Under the pieces are notes generated by a model, which had not been told where the DNA came from, did not search any database, and saw only the letters and a program-made list of their open reading frames with translations. From positions 3,707-67,706 of the forward strand of contig DDWQ01000005.1 in assembly GCA_002345745.1 (NCBI GenBank): a DNA stretch of 64,000 nt, given 5' to 3'. This document shows positions 20,401 through 28,612 of this stretch, one piece after another. The stretch's first letter is position 1. Every line of letters starts with the position of its first letter. This DNA is from Candidatus Moranbacteria bacterium UBA2282. GTDB lineage: Bacteria; Patescibacteriota; Minisyncoccia; Moranbacterales; UBA2206. The position numbers were made by a program, and so were the translations under genes.

Positions 20401-21054
20401 AATTTCTGCGTCTTCTTTTTTGATATAGTGAATATCATTAGTAGCAACTATTTTGATGCCAAGTTTTTTAGAGAGTTTAATAATACCAAGATTAGCAATT
20501 TCTTGTGCTGCAAATTTTGGATGATGCTGAATTTCAAAATAGAAATCGCCATCAGCGAAAATGTCTCGATATTCCAATGCTAGCTCTTCAGCTTTTTCTA
20601 AATCGCCAGCAATAATTGCCGAGGGAATTTCACCTTGTGCGCAAGCGGAAAGGCCAATGAGTCCTTCAGCGTGTGCGCGTAGAGCTTTGCGATCAATGCG
20701 AGGTTTGTAATAGAAACCTTCCAAATGAGCAATTGTGATTAGACGCATTAAATTTTTATAACCCGCTTCATTTTTAGCTAGCAAAATCAGATGATGTCTT
20801 TTGCGGTCTTCTGCTGTTGGATTTTTACTATGCAAGTCAGTGGCAGTAACATACATTTCGCAACCTATAATTGGTTTGATACCACGCTCTTTGGCTTTGA
20901 TATAGAATTCAATAGCACCATAAAGCACACCATGATCAGTGATAGCGAGTGAATCCATTCCCAATTCCTTGGCTTGATCAAGAATTTTATCGACCTTGGC
21001 AAGACCGTCTAAAAGGCTATAGTGAGTGTGAACATGGAGATGAGTGAATTTCAT
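17488..21054 (-). CDS. dnaE: DNA polymerase III alpha subunit
   Basis: 1188 aa with PHP domain N-terminus (HLHVHTHYSLLDG), polymerase core, OB fold. Confidence 0.95.
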   Translation of the reverse strand: MKFTHLHVHTHYSLLDGLAKVDKILDQAKELGMDSLAITDHGVLYGAIEFYIKAKERGIKPIIGCEMYVTATDLHSKNPTAEDRKRHHLILLAKNEAGYKNLMRLITIAHLEGFYYKPRIDRKALRAHAEGLIGLSACAQGEIPSAIIAGDLEKAEELALEYRDIFADGDFYFEIQHHPKFAAQEIANLGIIKLSKKLGIKIVATNDIHYIKKEDAEIQDILLCIQTNKTVEMKDRMSLMDFELYLKSPEEMAAHFAHIPEAISNTQEIVDKCNLEIKLGETQLPHFDFPEGFTAQTYLEKLCEDGLIKRFGDDITSEHRKRMDYEMSVIEKTGYASYFLIVQDFTNWARSQGIVVGPGRGSAAGSFVSYLVGITNIDPIKYDLLFERFLNPERVSMPDVDMDFADDRRDEVLQYVRRKYGNDHVAQIITFGTMAARAAIRDAGRALGIPYAFCDATAKLIPQFSTIEEALEESKEFKDFYGMDPGAKKLIDSAKRLEGVIRHASMHACGVVITKEPVTEYTPLQNITKTGENGGTVTQYSSSTKSSFVEKIGLLKMDFLGLKNLTIMQNTLRIVKKLEGIEIDIDTIPLDDAKAFELLQKAETTGVFQLESSGMKRYLKLLKPTELEDIIAMVALYRPGPMDWIPDFIARKHGEKKMSYLHPNLEPILKKTYGVAVYQEQVMQIARDLAGFSMGEADVLRKAMGKKIFALIAEQKIKFIEGCVTQGVDRKIGEKVFEYIEPFAGYGFNRSHAACYGLIGYQTAYLKAHFPAPFMAALLTSDQDKIDRVAIEVSECRDMGIEVMAPHINESFEEFAVIIYPDTKNNNALDTILPNETNKDNFSVGVDPETKKSRIRFGLNAIKNVGHNVAHEIVIERKKGGKFKNLTDFVERVQTKDLNKKSIDALAKVGALEGLGERNQIIASVENIISHSKTFQKNQNSQQGSLFSSAEIALPEIAMLECEPATKKQRLSWEKELMGLYISDHPAREYKDYFEQMGVPIKDINSSHVGQNINVGGVISKIHKIYLKTQKTMLFVTIEDTEASMEILVFPKILDATGSIWEEDKVILVGGKISDKDGTFKILCDTVTIVNPAEVEKFSRVLATRKHNEKITERKIDATKIIITLPANSDQEVLKKLSQYFDRCEAGVMKVFLSINNQKLETAYCIAQTDSLESNLKNILPEAKISIF

Positions 21055-21387
21055 AGTAGAATTTTGTAATTTTGTAATTTTTAATTTTGTAAATAATGTT
21101 CTAATTTTTAATGTTTAAAAATTGGAAAATTATAATTTATTTAAAAATTAAAAATTGGCAATTAAAAATTTGAGAAAAATAAAAAAAGCCACAAAACTTA
21201 AAGTTAATGGCTGACAAATTTAATATAATTAATATTATTCATACGATTATGTCTTCCTCCATAGCCCGGATTGCTCACTGGGGTTTGCAAGGAAGATAAT
21301 TTAATGTAATTAGTATAACATATCTTAAAAAAAAGAAAAACCACCAAACAATCTTGGTGGTCAAATTAAAGCAAATGATTGATTTTC

Positions 21388-21660
21388 TTAGGATATTTGT
21401 TCATTCCCAGCATTGTGGGGACGAGAAAGCACGTGCATTTTTTTCCGGAAGAACTGAATTAATTGTGCACATCCACAGAAGAGATCAAACACAGTCTTCA
21501 TAGATATAGCAACTATTAACATAGCAATGATTACTATGCTCAACCTTGCAATCACAGAATATTCAAATACGATGAATGCCATTTTCAAAATTAGTAACAG
21601 AAAAAGAGCAGTTGGGATGAAAAGCGCTTTAAGTGTAAAGCCAATGATTTTTGTTGTCAT
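21388..21660 (-). CDS. Small hypothetical membrane protein
   Basis: 90 aa, two to three hydrophobic helices. AAGGAGA RBS upstream. Hairpin terminator ACCACCAA-ACAATC-TTGGTGGT downstream at 21343-21367. Confidence 0.5.
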   Translation of the reverse strand: MTTKIIGFTLKALFIPTALFLLLILKMAFIVFEYSVIARLSIVIIAMLIVAISMKTVFDLFCGCAQLIQFFRKKMHVLSRPHNAGNEQIS

Positions 21661-21832
21661 AGCAAGTCTCCTTGTCGGCTTGAGGTGAATACAAATAGTT
21701 TAAGGAACGGCCTCTTTTATGTAATGATTTCAAAAAAAACACAAAAAGTCAAGAGTAGTGCATTTTTTTGCTGTTTATATTTGAAAGAGTCAATATCAGA
21801 AGTATGTTATAATAAACAAAAGTATAAAATAT

Positions 21833-22534
21833 ATGAAAAAATCAACTTTTGCATGGGAAGAGGAATTGCTGGGTCCGCAGGAGTTTAATTTTGTTATTGG
21901 CATTGACGAGGCGGGACGTGGACCATTAGCGGGACCAGTGGTGGCTAGTGCGGCAATTGTCCGAAAACTTCCTAAGGCTCAACCTTCTCTAATGTGGGAT
22001 TTGGTGCGTGACTCCAAAAAACTCTCTCCCAAACAACGAGATAAAGTGTTTGATTTTGTTACAGAAAATTTTTATGTCGGCGTTGGAATTTGCGATCATC
22101 AAACTATTGATGAAGTGAACATCTTGGAGGCGACTTTTTTGGCGATGAAAAAAGCCCTTTCTGATTTATATCTAAAAATAAATCAAGACTTGTCCAAATG
22201 TGGGCAGGGTCAAACTCACAGAATTCAGGATGCTAAGTATATTATCCTCGTTGATGGTAATAAACAAATTCCCAATCTCTCGCTCTATCAGAAAGCTGTG
22301 ATTGGCGGGGATGGCATTGTGAAATCCATTTCCGCAGCTTCTATTGTTGCCAAGGTGACGCGAGATCGAATAATGCTGGAAATGCATAAAAAATATCCAA
22401 ACTATGGTTTCGATAAGCACAAAGGCTATGGTACGAAAGCACATATGGCAGCCCTGCAGGAATTTGGTCCCTGCAAAATTCACCGGCAAACCTTCGAACC
22501 AATGCCGACTCTTGCCAAACGCAAAATTAGATAG
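21833..22534 (+). CDS. rnhB: Ribonuclease HII
   Basis: IGIDEAGRGPLAGPVVASAAIV catalytic motif. Confidence 0.9.
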   Translation: MKKSTFAWEEELLGPQEFNFVIGIDEAGRGPLAGPVVASAAIVRKLPKAQPSLMWDLVRDSKKLSPKQRDKVFDFVTENFYVGVGICDHQTIDEVNILEATFLAMKKALSDLYLKINQDLSKCGQGQTHRIQDAKYIILVDGNKQIPNLSLYQKAVIGGDGIVKSISAASIVAKVTRDRIMLEMHKKYPNYGFDKHKGYGTKAHMAALQEFGPCKIHRQTFEPMPTLAKRKIR

Positions 22535-22588
22535 ACACATTTTTGAAATATGCTATAATTGAAACAGTAAAAAATTAGATTAAAATAT

Positions 22589-22942
22589 ATGGAGCAAAAA
22601 GAAATAACTATAAATGACTTGGCCGTAATGATGAAAGAGGGATTTGAAAAATCCGATAAGAGAACAGATGAAAAAATTGAAAAATTGGCAGTCATGATTA
22701 AGCATAGTTTTGATGGTGTTGATAAAAAATTCGAAGTAATGGCAGAAGAATTTTGGAGCGTGAAGAGGCGGTTGGATATGTTTGAAGGGAAGTTAGATGT
22801 AATTGAGCGAGGTCAGGAGGACATTAAGCTTCGTCAAGACAACTCGGCGTGGCGTTTTGAATTGGAAGAACAAGAAAAAACCTTGGAAAAGCATAATGCT
22901 CGAATTGGCGTGCTTGAGGAAAAAGTCCTGTTGGCAAGCTAG
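22589..22942 (+). CDS. Hypothetical coiled-coil protein
   Basis: 117 aa, charged heptad-like sequence. No motif. Confidence 0.4.
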   Translation: MEQKEITINDLAVMMKEGFEKSDKRTDEKIEKLAVMIKHSFDGVDKKFEVMAEEFWSVKRRLDMFEGKLDVIERGQEDIKLRQDNSAWRFELEEQEKTLEKHNARIGVLEEKVLLAS

Positions 22943-22962
22943 AATTTTTATTTAATGTTTTT

Positions 22963-25365
22963 GTGTGCAAAATAAAATTTATGAAAAAAATAAAAAAGAT
23001 TATTTGTTCTAAAAAAAATCTAAAACGAGATATCAGTATCATCACACTTTCTTTGTTGTTGGCGGTCTCAGTTGTCAAAGCTGGCAACTTGGATTCCATT
23101 AGCAGTCCGAGTGCTACGGGATATACCTTGACCGATATCTATCAAAGATTGACAACCAATCAAAGTGCAAATGACAGCGAACATATTTTTTCACCGTTAG
23201 CTGATCCGTCCGCTAGCTTTCATACATTAAAAGAAATTTATGAATCCATTCCAACTATTGAAGCGAGCAAAGTTAAATTAGGCACAGATTATTTGGGAAT
23301 TTCTGGAACTCTTTTACCAAGTGGAGGGACAACTGATGCTGGCAATGTGCTAAGTGGCAAAACTTTTTTTGGCAATAATCAAACTGATTGGACTTTGCAA
23401 ACTGGATCAATGCCTAACATTGGACAACAAGTTTTGACTCCTGGAATTGTCGATCAAATCATTACTCTCGGTTATCACGATGGCACTGGAAAAGTTGTCG
23501 GTGACACTGACTTAATTTCTGGCAATATCAGAAGCGGAATCAATCTTTTTGGAATAGACGGTGATTCTGACGTGGTGGACACATCATCAGGAACGGCAAT
23601 TGCTAATGAATTGGTGTCAGGAAAAAAAGCGTGGGTTGGTGGGGTTGAACTTACTGGCATGTTAGCGAATATTGGACAGCAAATTCTCACCCCTGGAATA
23701 ATAAATCAGACAATTACTTCAGGATATCATAATGGTACAGGATATGTTTTAGGTGACACTGAGTTGATTTCAACTAACATTAAAAGCGGAGTAAATATTT
23801 TCGGAGTTGCTGGTGATTCTAATGTGGTCGACACTTCTTCGGGAGATGCTGTCGCGGGAAACTTGTTGTCCGGGAAAAAAGCTTGGGTGGACGGTGCAGA
23901 AGTCACGGGAAATTTTGCTTCGCAAGAAAAAACCGCAACCACTGAAGGCGAGCAAATAACGCCAGACTCTGGTAATTGGCTGTCCAAAGTTACAATAGCA
24001 ATAACAAATTTAATTACGGGAAATATTAAAAAATCAGTCACGGTTGGTGGTGTGGCAGGAACTTATTCAGGTTTTCCGGGAACTGGTTGGACACCTAATG
24101 GGTCTGGCGATGGTTCAACTGCACTCACTCAAACTATTTGTGAAGCGCAGGGTGCCAATTGGAAATGGTTTGAAGATGCCAACGGAGATGGCGATACAAT
24201 TGATCCAGAAGATGGAATTTGCATTAAGACTGCAACTATCACATCAGATTCTTGGAATGGTGCGGAACAAATGAATGGCTATGTTTTGGCTGACACAACT
24301 ATGGCCTCTGGAACTTCAAATTCCGTGACAGTTGCTGGCACACCATGGGTAGCAGATCGCTATAAAAATGAAATTGTGAAAATCATCTCCGGAACAGCTT
24401 CGCCTTGTTGGGGAATTGTGAAAACCAACACCACAAACACCATCACAGTTTTTGGCTCTTGGTTGCAATCAACCTATGCGGCTTGTGCGACAACTCCAGA
24501 TGCCACTTCACACATTCAAGTTTTTGATGATAATAAATTCGACAATTCTTTTATTGGAGATTATTCTTGTGCTGGAAATTTTCCAAGCGGAACAGTGACA
24601 CTTGGATCGTATCCCACAAGCGGCACAATTGCTTTGGCAGTAACGGATTGCTATGACGGCAAAAGGGATTTATTACCTAATGAAACTGATCGAGCGGTGC
24701 TCTCTGGCACAGTAACGACGACCGATGCCACTTCAGTGACTGATTCTGATCAAGCAATGTCAGTTAACGTCTGGATAGGACAAAAAGTTTTGATTACAGG
24801 CGGAACAGGCAGTGGTTCATATGGAGTTGTGGAAAGCAACACTGGAACAAAATTGACGGTCGCTAGTTGGAGCGGAACAGCACCTGATGTTGCATCAACT
24901 TTCAAAATTATTTATATTTTGCCTCGGTCAGCTTATGTTGGTACGGCAGGAATGTCACAAATTATTGGTGGCACAAGTGATGATGTCAAAGCTGGTCAAG
25001 GACCACTTGCGGAGAAACAACTAAAAGAATGGGTCGGCACAAAACTTCCAACCTCGCAAGATTTTTTCGGTTTTTGTGGTGCCACTTCTGGTGATGCTGA
25101 TGGAACTGCTGGTGGCAGCACATATAGTTCCTCTGGTGCTTCGACTAATAGCACAATTGGAAATTATGGATCTAATGTTGGTAGAGGAAAAAACGCTGCG
25201 CCGAATGATGAATATATGGATCTTTCTAATAGCGGTTCTTGGGAGTGGCTTTCAGAGCAGCACAGTGGCAGTGGTGCTCGGGTTGCCGGCAATAGCGCTT
25301 GCTCGTACTTCGGTAGTTCTAATGTCAACAGTGGCTATCGGTTCAGAGCGGTGTTTCGCCCCTAA
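22963..25365 (+). CDS. DGR target protein: secreted/anchored protein with three tandem ~80-aa repeats and a C-terminal C-type-lectin-like variable region
   Basis: N-terminal signal/anchor. Repeated blocks NIGQQ(V/I)LTPGI...GD(S/T)(D/N)VVDTSSG...SGKKAWV. C-terminus ...NSACSYFGSSNVNSGYRFRAVFRP contains the VR that matches the TR downstream. Confidence 0.85.
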   Translation: MCKIKFMKKIKKIICSKKNLKRDISIITLSLLLAVSVVKAGNLDSISSPSATGYTLTDIYQRLTTNQSANDSEHIFSPLADPSASFHTLKEIYESIPTIEASKVKLGTDYLGISGTLLPSGGTTDAGNVLSGKTFFGNNQTDWTLQTGSMPNIGQQVLTPGIVDQIITLGYHDGTGKVVGDTDLISGNIRSGINLFGIDGDSDVVDTSSGTAIANELVSGKKAWVGGVELTGMLANIGQQILTPGIINQTITSGYHNGTGYVLGDTELISTNIKSGVNIFGVAGDSNVVDTSSGDAVAGNLLSGKKAWVDGAEVTGNFASQEKTATTEGEQITPDSGNWLSKVTIAITNLITGNIKKSVTVGGVAGTYSGFPGTGWTPNGSGDGSTALTQTICEAQGANWKWFEDANGDGDTIDPEDGICIKTATITSDSWNGAEQMNGYVLADTTMASGTSNSVTVAGTPWVADRYKNEIVKIISGTASPCWGIVKTNTTNTITVFGSWLQSTYAACATTPDATSHIQVFDDNKFDNSFIGDYSCAGNFPSGTVTLGSYPTSGTIALAVTDCYDGKRDLLPNETDRAVLSGTVTTTDATSVTDSDQAMSVNVWIGQKVLITGGTGSGSYGVVESNTGTKLTVASWSGTAPDVASTFKIIYILPRSAYVGTAGMSQIIGGTSDDVKAGQGPLAEKQLKEWVGTKLPTSQDFFGFCGATSGDADGTAGGSTYSSSGASTNSTIGNYGSNVGRGKNAAPNDEYMDLSNSGSWEWLSEQHSGSGARVAGNSACSYFGSSNVNSGYRFRAVFRP

Positions 25366-25366
25366 G
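25247..25366 (+). repeat. DGR variable repeat (VR), last 39 codons plus stop of the target gene
   Basis: 120-bp match to 26470-26589 with 17 mismatches, every one at a TR adenine (TR AAT/AAC codons versus VR AGT/GGC/GGT/TTC etc.). Confidence 0.9.
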
Positions 25367-25415
25367 TTTTTTCCCGTCAAAATATTTGATGATTTGGTGA
25401 TTTGGATAATTTGAG

Positions 25416-25540
25416 TACCGCGAATTACGCAGATTTAAACTAATTCCGCTAATTTAAATACCGCGAATTACGCAGATTTAAACTAATCCCGCTAATTTAA
25501 ATACCGCGAATTACGCAGATTTAAACTAATTCCGCTAATT
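25416..25540 (+). repeat. Tandem direct repeat, 43-bp unit x ~3 (TACCGCGAATTACGCAGATTTAAACTAATTCCGCTAATTTAAA)
   Basis: Copies start at 25416, 25459 and 25502. One C/T difference between copies. The third copy is truncated at the GxxExxY start codon. Confidence 0.9.
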
Positions 25541-25924
25541 ATGACAGAAAAATTACTGCACAAAGAACTTTTGTATAGGTTGGTAGGCGCCGCGATGGAT
25601 GTACATAAAATTTTAGGACCTGGATTTCTTGAAGGAACTTATCAAAAAGCTTATGAAAAGGAACTAGGGATCCAGAAAATTACTTTTATCTCCCAGAAGA
25701 GAATTAAAATATTCTATAAAGGTATTGATTTGGGATTCCAGGTGCTAGATTTGATTGTGGATAATAAGATAATTATAGAAATAAAAGCTGTTTCCGAAAT
25801 TTTACCAATTCATCAAGCTCAGCTAATATCTTATTTGAAAGCGACCGAGTATGAACTTGGAATTTTGATAAACTTTGGTGCTAAAAGTTTACAGTATAAA
25901 AGATTGGTATTTACAAAAAATTAG
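25541..25924 (+). CDS. GxxExxY-family protein (PD-(D/E)XK-like; family often found in 23S rRNA intervening sequences)
   Basis: 127 aa with a GFLEGTY motif near the N-terminus and size typical of the family. Flanked upstream by 43-bp repeats and downstream by an inverted copy of the GCGAATTACGC core (GCGTAATTCGC at 25924-25934). Confidence 0.65.
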   Translation: MTEKLLHKELLYRLVGAAMDVHKILGPGFLEGTYQKAYEKELGIQKITFISQKRIKIFYKGIDLGFQVLDLIVDNKIIIEIKAVSEILPIHQAQLISYLKATEYELGILINFGAKSLQYKRLVFTKN

Positions 25925-25958
25925 CGTAATTCGCTTAAATTAGAATAATTCGCGTTAT

Positions 25959-26342
25959 ATGGCACGATACGAACATATCAAAATTTTCCAAGTAGCCTAT
26001 ATTTTGACAGTGGAGATTCATAAAGTTGCATCCAAATTCGGCAAAAAACACCGATATACTTTGGGTGAGAAAATAAAAAATCTTTGCAGTGATATGTTGG
26101 ATATGATCGTGGTGGCAAATGCAGCGACGGAAAAACAAGAATCTTTGAAAATGATTGACGCGCAACTGGAAAAAATCAGAATTCAATTGCGCATCGTGTA
26201 TGATCTGCGAATAATCAGTGCCGGACTGCTAGGCATTCTCAACAAACGCATTGAGGAAGTTGGTCGGCAACTTGGTGGGTGGCAGAAGTGGGCGGAAGAG
26301 GAAGCTTGTCCGTCCGCTCCTGCCAGAGTCTCTGTGGACTAA
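25959..26342 (+). CDS. avd: DGR accessory variability determinant (Avd)-like four-helix-bundle protein
   Basis: 127-aa basic helical protein. IFQVAYILTVEIHKVASKFGKKHRYTLGEKIKNLCSDMLDMIVVANAA resembles the PF05635/Avd family. Lies between VR and TR. Confidence 0.75.
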   Translation: MARYEHIKIFQVAYILTVEIHKVASKFGKKHRYTLGEKIKNLCSDMLDMIVVANAATEKQESLKMIDAQLEKIRIQLRIVYDLRIISAGLLGILNKRIEEVGRQLGGWQKWAEEEACPSAPARVSVD

Positions 26343-26469
26343 GGTCTCAGAGAGAGCGCAGAAGACGGGAATTACAGTCCGACTCACTGTTTTTGTAAAA
26401 CAGTATATTCGACAAAAGGCTTACACATTTTTTGTGATAGCTTCCGAATTTTGAAAGTAGACGGACAAT

Positions 26470-26589
26470 GGCTTTCAGAGCAGCACAATAACAATAATGC
26501 TCGGATAGCCGGCAATAACGCTTGCTCGAACTTCAATAATAATAATGTCAACAATGGCAATCGGTTCAGAGCGGTGTTTCGCCCCTAAG
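26470..26589 (+). repeat. DGR template repeat (TR), non-coding, rich in AAT/AAC
   Basis: Direct repeat of the VR. Contains adenines at all 17 variable positions. Ends 14 bp from the RT stop codon. Confidence 0.9.
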
Positions 26590-26603
26590 CAATTCCTGAA
26601 AAA

Positions 26604-27833
26604 TTAATTCTCATCCCACATAAAGTAGGCGTAGTTTTTGTCAGCCGGACGAAGATAGATTTTGAGAATGCCAAAATGTTTTTCATAGAGAGTTTTTCGG
26701 AGGCCAAAGCAATTGGCGTGCTTGAAAAATCCATAGGTGGAATTTAGGGAGGAAAAAATATGTTGAAAATCTTCCAAAAATTCCGGAAAAACTGAAAAGC
26801 GGTCATAAAAAATTTTGTCGCAGGCGCAAAGATGGTCATTTGGATCGAGCGAATTTAAAATTTTTTGGTTAAACTGCCAGAGAGTATTCTTTAGCTTTTT
26901 GACTGTTCCTCGGCGGATAAGTATGTGATCCGGTTTGGTGATATATCCGCAGAAATTGATGCCTTTGTCACATTGTTGCAAAACTTGTTTTTTTGGATGA
27001 AGTTTGAGTAGTAATTTTTTTTCAACAAACTGAGAAATTTCATCTCGCCAAAAAAGCAATTGTGTCTTGGAAGGATGAAGAAGCAGAAGATCGTCCATAT
27101 AGCGAAAGCTATGGGGGCATTTCAAAGTATGTTTGACAAACTGGTCTAGTTCATTGAGATACACATTAGCGAAGAATTGACTGGTCAGGTTGCCAATCGG
27201 CAATCCTTGGTGGCTGGGATTTCCAAAGAGCGATTTGTGCCTTGGAATTGAGCGTAATAATTTGATGTCGCCTTTAACACAATAGTTCAAAGTCGGATTT
27301 TGAAAAACAATTTTTTCCGTTAGCCACAAAATGTCCGGATTTCTGAGATGTTTTTGGATAATTGCAAATAGAATGCGCTTATCGATGCTCACAAAAAAAC
27401 TGCGAATGTCAACTTGCAGGTAGAATAATTTTGGGTCAATCGATTTTTTCAGATAGGCGATGGCTTTGTGTGCACCTTTTTCTTTTCGACAGGCATAGGA
27501 ATGAAAAACGAATTTTTTCTCCCAAATCGGTTCCAGATAGCTCACCAAAAGATGATGCACGATGCGGTCGCGAAAATCAGCCGCCCAGACTTCGCGTAGC
27601 TTTGGGTCAATAATAGCAAAACAGGTGTGTTTCCCAGGCTCATATGATTTATTTTTTAACTCGCGTTCTAATCGCAGCAGTTCCACTTCAAAATTCAATT
27701 CGAATTTAGCGGCATTGGTGGTGTGGCGTTTGGATTTCCGGCATTGATAATATGCTCGTAGAAGATTTTTAAAAGAGAAAATATCTCTCTCAGGCTGTGT
27801 CAATTTTTGTGCTTGAAAAAGTTTTTGTTTCAT
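26604..27833 (-). CDS. DGR reverse transcriptase
   Basis: 409 aa with FHSYACRKEKGAHKAI (DGR RT motif 2), QGLPIGNLTSQFFANVYL (IGxxxSQ motif 4) and YMDDLLLL (YxDD catalytic motif). Confidence 0.9.
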   Translation of the reverse strand: MKQKLFQAQKLTQPERDIFSFKNLLRAYYQCRKSKRHTTNAAKFELNFEVELLRLERELKNKSYEPGKHTCFAIIDPKLREVWAADFRDRIVHHLLVSYLEPIWEKKFVFHSYACRKEKGAHKAIAYLKKSIDPKLFYLQVDIRSFFVSIDKRILFAIIQKHLRNPDILWLTEKIVFQNPTLNYCVKGDIKLLRSIPRHKSLFGNPSHQGLPIGNLTSQFFANVYLNELDQFVKHTLKCPHSFRYMDDLLLLHPSKTQLLFWRDEISQFVEKKLLLKLHPKKQVLQQCDKGINFCGYITKPDHILIRRGTVKKLKNTLWQFNQKILNSLDPNDHLCACDKIFYDRFSVFPEFLEDFQHIFSSLNSTYGFFKHANCFGLRKTLYEKHFGILKIYLRPADKNYAYFMWDEN

Positions 27834-27897
27834 GGTATTATTTTAGCATGGATATCTTGCAGGTACTTTACTTTTAAATAAATAAATTTATAAAATT

Positions 27898-28299
27898 ATG
27901 ATTAGTGACGCTCGTTGGCGTGAGCGATTTGGAGATTATAAAAAAGCAGTCAGGCGTATGCAGGACGCTCTGAAAAAAGAATCATTTAGCGAGCTGGAGA
28001 AAGACGGTGTAATTCAAAGGTTTGAATTTACTTTTGAACTTGCGTGGAAAACATTAAAAGATTATTTGGAGGATCAAAGTTTCATCGATATTTCCAGTCC
28101 GAAAAAGGCCATCCGTAAAGCGTTCGAAAGTGGAACAATTGCAGATGGCAATATTTGGATTGAAATGCAAGAGGACAGAAATAGAATGTCGCATATATAT
28201 AATCAAAGCGAAAGTGAAAAGATATTTAAAAATATTAAAGATAAATATATGAAAGCTCTAAATGACTTAGTCATTGCGCTGGAAAAAGAACTCCAATGA
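27898..28299 (+). CDS. HEPN-domain protein of the nucleotidyltransferase-substrate-binding (HI0074-like) family; toxin-like
   Basis: 133 aa with the conserved R-x4-H motif (RNRMSHIY) near the C-terminus. 4-bp overlap with the downstream MNT gene. Confidence 0.7.
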   Translation: MISDARWRERFGDYKKAVRRMQDALKKESFSELEKDGVIQRFEFTFELAWKTLKDYLEDQSFIDISSPKKAIRKAFESGTIADGNIWIEMQEDRNRMSHIYNQSESEKIFKNIKDKYMKALNDLVIALEKELQ

Positions 28300-28598
28300 A
28301 ATTCGGACTGACTGAAAAAGAAATAATGCTGTTAGTAGGCGTGTTTGAAAAAACTCGCAATATAGAGAAAGTTTTTATTTATGGTTCACGCGTCAAAGGT
28401 AATTACAAAAAAACCTCCGATATTGATTTGGTAGTTTGTTTTGCTTATAATGTCAAAAAAAGCGTTGCTATGCTAAAATCAGAATTGGAAGATTTACCCA
28501 TAATTTATAGTATTGATATAATTGATGAAGAAGAAATTGAAGTTGGAAAATTCAAAAATGAATATGCTAGAACAAGGCAGGTTTTTTATATGAAGTAG
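28296..28598 (+). CDS. Minimal nucleotidyltransferase (MNT); antitoxin-like partner
   Basis: GSRVKGNYKKTSDIDLVV matches the GSx9-13Dx(D/E) polymerase-beta-type NTase motif. Confidence 0.75.
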   Translation: MKFGLTEKEIMLLVGVFEKTRNIEKVFIYGSRVKGNYKKTSDIDLVVCFAYNVKKSVAMLKSELEDLPIIYSIDIIDEEEIEVGKFKNEYARTRQVFYMK

Positions 28599-28612
28599 TG
28601 TCTTAAAATAAA

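Noticed and set aside
25416-25540. 43-bp x3 repeat array considered as a CRISPR array
   Set aside because: Copies are directly contiguous with no unique spacers, the unit is longer than typical CRISPR repeats, and no cas genes are nearby. It is better explained as an operator-like tandem repeat flanking the GxxExxY gene.
25541-26342. GxxExxY + four-helix-bundle gene pair taken literally as 23S rRNA intervening-sequence proteins, implying an rRNA gene here
   Set aside because: No rRNA-like sequence flanks them. The four-helix-bundle protein sits between VR and TR of a DGR and fits Avd.
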